DNA of 5,240 bases from Candidatus Iainarchaeum sp. (GTDB lineage: Archaea > Iainarchaeota > Iainarchaeia > Iainarchaeales > CSSED10-239): assembly GCA_028700905.1 (NCBI GenBank), contig JAQVRT010000047.1, forward strand, positions 1-5,240, given 5' to 3'. The stretch's first letter is position 1. Every line of letters starts with the position of its first letter. Position numbers and translations under genes: made by a program. The notes beneath the pieces were generated by a model, which saw only the letters and a program-made list of their open reading frames with translations, did not search any database and had not been told where the DNA came from. Of this stretch, positions 1 through 3,031 are shown one piece after another.

Positions 1-977
1 GATCATATGGAGATTTATATACAAATGAACTTCCAGATGATTTTGGTGGTTGTAATCCAGAAATCTTTGAAGGTAAGTTTGATGATGTTTCAAGAATCGA
101 TCCAAATTGTCAAGTAATAAGAGACACTACTTCAACAACCTACAACGGTTTAGTTGATAGTGGTATCCGTCTTGAAGGTTTATCAGAAAGTGGAACTACT
201 GTTGATGTTTATTTAACCGTTACAGAACCTTTAGATCTTGAAGCAGAAATCACTTCTCCAGAAAACAATTCTTCTTATGAGATTGATGATGTTATTTCCT
301 TTTCTTCTTCTATAGAAAATGAAATTGGTGATTCTAGTTGTCAATGGCAACACAAAAAACAAGGTAATAGTTCTTATACTAATTTTTCAAACCAATGTAA
401 CTTAAATAAAACTCCTGGTCAATTAAATTTAGAAACTTCAGAATATGAAATTAAATTAACAGTTACAGATGATTTTTCAAGACAAGATACAGATACTGTA
501 ACAATTAATGTTACAATGCCAGAAGCACATTATCATGAAGTTTTAAGTCCTGAAGAAAATAGAAGTTATCCTTACAAAGAAGATTTAGACTTCACAGTTG
601 CTGTTTATAATAATTATAATAATGTAAGTTGTGTTTGGAAGTATGGTTCTCAAATAATTTCAAACGATTGTAATTTTTCTGCAAGTCCATATGACTTAGG
701 TTTAGCATCTCCTCCTTACACTTCTGTAAAGAGTAGTTTGTCAATAACAACTAACCCTTTACCTAAAACAAATATTTCTTCAAAATTATTTAAAGTTTCA
801 CAACCTTCTTTAATAGAACCAAATAGAAGTTTAACTTACTTAGGTAATTTTCCTGCAAGTTTTACAAGAACTTTAACTTTAACTACAAACGATGGAGTTA
901 CTCAGTTTACTTCTCAAGTAGATTTAAAAGTTTGTTTATGTCTTCTTGCAAATAACAATGCTGCCTTGCCTTACTAA
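1..977 (+). CDS. Secreted cell-surface protein, C-terminal part (5' end lies outside the window), with PKD/Ig-like beta-sandwich repeats
   Basis: Frame 3 is open with no stop from nt 3 to TAA at 975-977 (translated by hand), so the ATG at 516 is internal. A repeated domain recurs at 246, 537 and 810 (EITSPENNSSY / EVLSPEENRSY / LIEPNRSLTY), a period of about 91-97 aa. Repeat 1 ends in a PKD-like YEIKLTVTDDFSRQDTDTVTINV. Repeats 1 and 2 each carry a Cys pair with S-C-x-W (Cys codons 339/396 and 630/669). There are many N-x-S/T sequons. Confidence 0.7.
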   Translation, partial: SYGDLYTNELPDDFGGCNPEIFEGKFDDVSRIDPNCQVIRDTTSTTYNGLVDSGIRLEGLSESGTTVDVYLTVTEPLDLEAEITSPENNSSYEIDDVISFSSSIENEIGDSSCQWQHKKQGNSSYTNFSNQCNLNKTPGQLNLETSEYEIKLTVTDDFSRQDTDTVTINVTMPEAHYHEVLSPEENRSYPYKEDLDFTVAVYNNYNNVSCVWKYGSQIISNDCNFSASPYDLGLASPPYTSVKSSLSITTNPLPKTNISSKLFKVSQPSLIEPNRSLTYLGNFPASFTRTLTLTTNDGVTQFTSQVDLKVCLCLLANNNAALPY

Positions 978-1027
978 AAGATAAGCTTTAATTTTTTAAT
1001 AATTATTGTATATTAGGTGAAAATAAT
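975..1027 (+). promoter_or_regulatory. Promoter/5'-UTR module, copy 1 (A/T-rich TATA-like core AAGCTTTAATTTTTT, then AGGTGA SD)
   Basis: TAAAAGATAAGCTTTAATTTTTT (975-997) matches 18/23 to the copy-2 core. TATATTAGGTGAAAATAATATG (1009-1030) is 21/22 identical to 1553-1574. AGGTGA at 1015-1020 lies exactly 7 nt before ATG 1028. Confidence 0.5.
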
Positions 1028-1231
1028 ATGCAAATAGAAATAACCAAAGAAACAGATTTAAAATTAAAAAATATTAGTTCCATTTCTGGTGTTGATAGAG
1101 AAAAAATTATTAAAAAAGCAATTGAATATTATTTATTAGTTTTAGATGATGAATTAAAACTAAAAAAAGAATTCTCTTCTTTAGATAAACTAAGTGATGA
1201 AGCTTTATTAAATTTTGAGGAGTCTTTATAA
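1028..1231 (+). CDS. Ribbon-helix-helix (CopG/MazE-like) putative type II antitoxin
   Basis: 67-aa ORF with AGGTGA-N7-ATG. The N-terminus QIEITKETDLKLKNISSISGVDREKIIKKAIEYYL fits the RHH pattern (beta-strand, helix, G-x-S/D turn, helix). The tail is acidic. Its stop overlaps a downstream ATG (TAATG), as in translationally coupled TA pairs. Confidence 0.55.
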   Translation: MQIEITKETDLKLKNISSISGVDREKIIKKAIEYYLLVLDDELKLKKEFSSLDKLSDEALLNFEESL

Positions 1232-1260
1232 TGTTTAATCCAGGAGAGGTATATTATTAA
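1231..1260 (+). pseudogene. 9-codon stub (MFNPGEVYY*), possible remnant of the cognate toxin (MazF/PemK-like N-terminus)
   Basis: ATG 1231 overlaps the antitoxin stop by 1 nt. The P-G-E-V-Y-Y peptide resembles the RGD/E-I/V-Y/W motif near the start of MazF/PemK toxins. TAA follows at 1258-1260. It is too short for any statistical support. Confidence 0.3.
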
Positions 1261-1384
1261 AAAAACAATTCTATTAAATAATATTTGTAAAAATTATTAT
1301 TACTTATTTTTTCACGGTTATTTTTAACGAGCACAATCGTCAAAAACAATTTTCTTTGTCGATTTTAATCGATATAAATAAAAG

Positions 1385-1479
1385 CCTTTTGCTGAACCGG
1401 TTTTGCTAGGTTTACGCGCAATGCTTTTCTAATCTGAAAAATCCTTGCCAGAAGCTTAAACTTGGTTTTGCTCAGTTAA
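1385..1479 (+). repeat. Short direct repeats: GGTTTTGCT x2 (1399-1407, 1464-1472) plus CCTTTTGCT (1385-1393) in a GC-elevated non-coding island
   Basis: Read directly from the sequence. The extended copies GGTTTTGCTAGGTTTA and GGTTTTGCTCAGTTAA match at 13/16. Their function is unknown. Confidence 0.5.
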
Positions 1480-1514
1480 CACTCAATTTTTAAAAACGAG
1501 ATTTTAACTTAAAC

Positions 1515-1571
1515 TTTAAAAACAAAGCTTTAAATTTTGTTTATTTCTATAATATATTAGGTGAAAAAAAT
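1515..1571 (+). promoter_or_regulatory. Promoter/5'-UTR module, copy 2 (TTTAAAAA and TTTAAATT TATA-like boxes, TATAAT, AGGTGA SD)
   Basis: The exact 16-mer CAAAGCTTTAAATTTT at 1523-1538 recurs at 2082-2097. The next 28 nt are 22/28 identical to copy 3. AGGTGA at 1559-1564 lies 7 nt before ATG 1572. Confidence 0.55.
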
Positions 1572-1778
1572 ATGGAAGAATATAATATCATTATTGAAAA
1601 AGATAAAGATGGTTGGTATGTTTCAGAAGTAATTGGACTACCCGGTTGTCATACTCAAGCAAAAACTATTGATCAATTAATAGAAAGAACAAAAGAAGCT
1701 ATAAAAGCATATAAAGTAGATCTAAAATCTAAAGAAAAAGTATCTTCTTTTATTGCTGTACAACAAATAAAGGTGTAA
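1572..1778 (+). CDS. hicB: HicB-family antitoxin (UPF0150 fold only, no C-terminal DNA-binding domain)
   Basis: The 68-aa product YNIIIEKDKDGWYVSEVIGLPGCHTQAKTIDQLIERTKEAIKAY matches the HicB/UPF0150 signature (D-G-x-Y/W, then LPGC-x-TQG/A-x-T, then EA helix). It sits directly upstream of hicA with a 2-nt gap. Confidence 0.85.
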   Translation: MEEYNIIIEKDKDGWYVSEVIGLPGCHTQAKTIDQLIERTKEAIKAYKVDLKSKEKVSSFIAVQQIKV

Positions 1779-1780
1779 AA

Positions 1781-2011
1781 TTGTCAGATTTACCTCTACT
1801 TACAGGAAAACAAGTTGGCAAAATTATTTCTAAGTTAGGTTATGAATATGTAAAACATACTGGTAACCATATGACTTTTATAAATAAAAATAATCATCAA
1901 AAAATAATTATTCCTGATCACGGTTCTGAAAAGATTGGTTTTGGACTTCTTAATAAGATAATAAAGAAAGATTTGGGAATTACAAGAGAAGAGTTTCTAG
2001 AACTATTATAA
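1781..2011 (+). CDS. hicA: HicA-family toxin (mRNA interferase, YcfA-like)
   Basis: The 76-aa product carries LTGKQVGKIISKLGYEYVKHTGNHMTF...IIPDHGSEKIGFGLLNKIIKKDLGI, which matches the HicA pattern (sGkel-ikaLek-GF, G-S/N-H, vP-H, gtl-sIlkq-gl). The start codon is TTG at 1781, preceded by AGGTG at 1771-1775 inside the end of hicB. Confidence 0.85.
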   Translation: MSDLPLLTGKQVGKIISKLGYEYVKHTGNHMTFINKNNHQKIIIPDHGSEKIGFGLLNKIIKKDLGITREEFLELL

Positions 2012-2029
2012 AAAAAGCACTTTTAACCA

Positions 2030-2054
2030 AAGATTCAATCCCTGTCAGAATCTT
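2030..2054 (+). terminator. Hairpin downstream of hicA (7-bp stem AAGATTC/GAATCTT, 11-nt loop), possibly a terminator or processing element
   Basis: Perfect 7-bp inverted repeat at 2030-2036 / 2048-2054, 19 nt after the hicA stop. Its loop plus 3' arm (2037-2054) is 15/18 identical to 1440-1457. No oligo-T tract follows immediately, so the terminator role is weak. Confidence 0.25.
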
Positions 2055-2072
2055 GAAAAGGAGCTTTTAATT

Positions 2073-2128
2073 TTTAAAAAACAAAGCTTTAAATTTTATT
2101 TATAATTATAATATTTTAGATGAAATAT
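2073..2128 (+). promoter_or_regulatory. Promoter/5'-UTR module, copy 3 (degenerate SD AGATGA)
   Basis: TTTAAAAAACAAAGCTTTAAATTTT at 2073-2097 equals copy 2 apart from one extra A. The downstream part is 22/28 identical. The SD position reads AGATGA (2118-2123) rather than AGGTGA. Confidence 0.5.
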
Positions 2129-2338
2129 ATGAAATTTTCTGCAATAATTACAAAAGAAGATAAAATATTTGTAGCACTTTGTCCTGAATTAAATGTAGTT
2201 AGTCAAGGAAATGATGAAAATAATGCTCTTGAAAATCTTAAAGAAGCAGTTTCTTTATTTCTAGAAGATGAAGATGTTAAAGAGGTTATTAAAAACATAT
2301 TTCCTGCAAAGTTATATTCAATAGAGATTCTTGCTTAA
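2120..2338 (+). CDS. HicB-like (UPF0150) antitoxin with no intact partner toxin
   Basis: KFSAIITKEDKIFVALCPELNVVSQGNDENNALENLKEAVSLFLE fits the HicB/UPF0150 pattern (yvA-cPEL-v-sqG-t-eEAl-NLkEAi-l-le). The start is ambiguous. ATG 2120 lies inside the degenerate SD, and alignment to the other modules favours the in-frame ATG at 2129 (MKFSAI...). Confidence 0.7.
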   Translation: MKYMKFSAIITKEDKIFVALCPELNVVSQGNDENNALENLKEAVSLFLEDEDVKEVIKNIFPAKLYSIEILA

Positions 2339-2354
2339 AGAGGGTACGAGTAAA

Positions 2355-2468
2355 ATGAGTAAACTCCCTAGGTATTATCAGGTAAAGATTCTTTATTATA
2401 ACTCTTCTTTTAAACAATTAGTTCTTTCTTCTCTTATAATATATACTCTTTTTCTTTATTCTCTATAA
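2355..2468 (+). pseudogene. Possible hicA remnant (only the first ~6 codons, MSKLPR, look HicA-like; the rest is low-complexity)
   Basis: The ATG lies 16 nt after the HicB-like stop. MSKLPR parallels MSDLPL of the intact HicA at 1781. After codon ~6 the 37-codon frame reads YYQVKILYYNSSFKQLVLSSLIIYTLFLYSL*, with no HicA similarity. Support is weak. Confidence 0.2.
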
Positions 2469-2500
2469 AAGAAGGTATAATACCTATAAAGAAGAGTATA
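2442..2500. repeat. Imperfect inverted repeat (9+6 bp with a 3-nt bulge) enclosing the small palindrome AGGTATaATACCT
   Basis: TATACTCTT(ttt)CTTTAT at 2442-2459 pairs with ATAAAGAAGAGTATA at 2486-2500. The inner 6-1-6 palindrome lies at 2473-2485. An overlapping ~21-nt direct repeat reads CTATAAAAGAAGGTATAA (2463-2480) / CTATAAAGAAGAGTATAA (2484-2501). Confidence 0.5.
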
Positions 2501-2799
2501 AACCTCTAATAGGTATTCTCTAAAACTCCTCTTTTACCTAAAAAACTCTTTTTTTCTTAAAAACAATATCTTTTTAATATTATATATACTATATATTATA
2601 TATAGTTAAAGAGAATAAATAATGTTTTTTTTGAGGAAAAACAATAAAGAAAACTATTCTTTTAAGTTATAAGTAAAATCTTTCTTTTTTTAAACCAAAT
2701 AATTAATTACCTTATGAGATAAATCTCTTATAAGTAAAGAGAAAGAAGAAGTCTTTTATATGCTTATAATGAAGAGTTATTTTCTGAAGTTATTCCTTT

Positions 2800-2838
2800 A
2801 AAAACCTTTTGTTTACTTTCAAAAAAAGAAAGGTTTTT
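2800..2838. repeat. 10-bp perfect inverted repeat AAAAACCTTT / AAAGGTTTTT with a 19-nt loop
   Basis: 2800-2809 is the exact reverse complement of 2829-2838. The 3' arm ends in T5. The composition is A/T-rich, so chance occurrence is not negligible. Confidence 0.5.
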
Positions 2839-2877
2839 AAACAAAACTGCTCTTTAATTATCTTACAGAGGACATTA

Positions 2878-2904
2878 GTATCTGTAGTGTATTCTACAGA
2901 TTAC
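2878..2904 (+). promoter_or_regulatory. Stem-loop ~130 nt upstream of the S-layer start codon (7-bp perfect stem plus 3 bp after a 1-nt bulge, 6-nt loop)
   Basis: TCTGTAG at 2881-2887 pairs with CTACAGA at 2894-2900. The stem extends by A2880:T2901, T2879:A2903 and G2878:C2904, with T2902 bulged. Its role (5'-UTR stabiliser, operator or terminator) is unknown. Confidence 0.4.
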
Positions 2905-3018
2905 GATGAAGTGTTTTTTGTAAAGAGAATCTGTTGTGTTGTTTTTAACTTTGTTTTTTTTGTTAATCAAAATTTTAATATACAGGTTCAATCTTTGTTT
3001 TATAAAAAACAAATAAAA

Positions 3019-3024
3019 AGGTGA
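3019..3024 (+). promoter_or_regulatory. Shine-Dalgarno AGGTGA for the S-layer gene
   Basis: AGGTGA lies exactly 7 nt upstream of ATG 3032, the same geometry as at 1015/1028 and 1559/1572. Candidate TATA-like boxes sit upstream (TTTTAATATA 2973-2982, TTTTATAAAA 2997-3006), but I cannot tell which one is used. Confidence 0.6.
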
Positions 3025-3031
3025 ATAAAAA

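Noticed and set aside
516-977. The ORF-track entry as a stand-alone 153-aa gene starting at ATG 516
   Set aside because: The same frame is open all the way back to nt 3, and the repeat architecture continues upstream (repeat 1 at 246). There is no SD before 516. It is the tail of a larger gene truncated by the window edge.
1380-1500. C/D-box sRNA or tRNA in the GC-elevated island
   Set aside because: CTGA (D-box-like) occurs at 1392 and 1434, but there is no RUGAUGA C box at a suitable distance. No cloverleaf-compatible stems were found. Only a weak 5-bp hairpin (1425-1440) is present.
975-2338. Integron-like gene-cassette array
   Set aside because: No integrase gene lies in the window, and no attC-like imperfect palindromes follow the cassettes. 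The conserved elements sit 5' of the genes and look like promoter plus SD rather than recombination sites. The idea is kept only as modular promoter duplication.
2589-2605. 8-1-8 palindrome CTATATATtATATATAG within a (TA)n-like tract
   Set aside because: A pure TA-repeat low-complexity sequence is trivially self-complementary. There is no evidence of function beyond possible easy DNA melting.
2809-3024. 71-aa + strand ORF (MFTFKKRKVFKQN...)
   Set aside because: The peptide is low-complexity and rich in F, V and K, as expected from T-rich intergenic DNA. It has no SD. It runs through the hairpin and the candidate promoter, and covers the AGGTGA SD of the S-layer gene. It looks spurious.
2339-3031. 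Replication origin (AT-rich spacer with repeats)
   Set aside because: There is no adjacent orc1/cdc6 or dnaA gene, and no long ORB-like or DnaA-box-like repeats flank an unwinding element. The repeats are short and degenerate.
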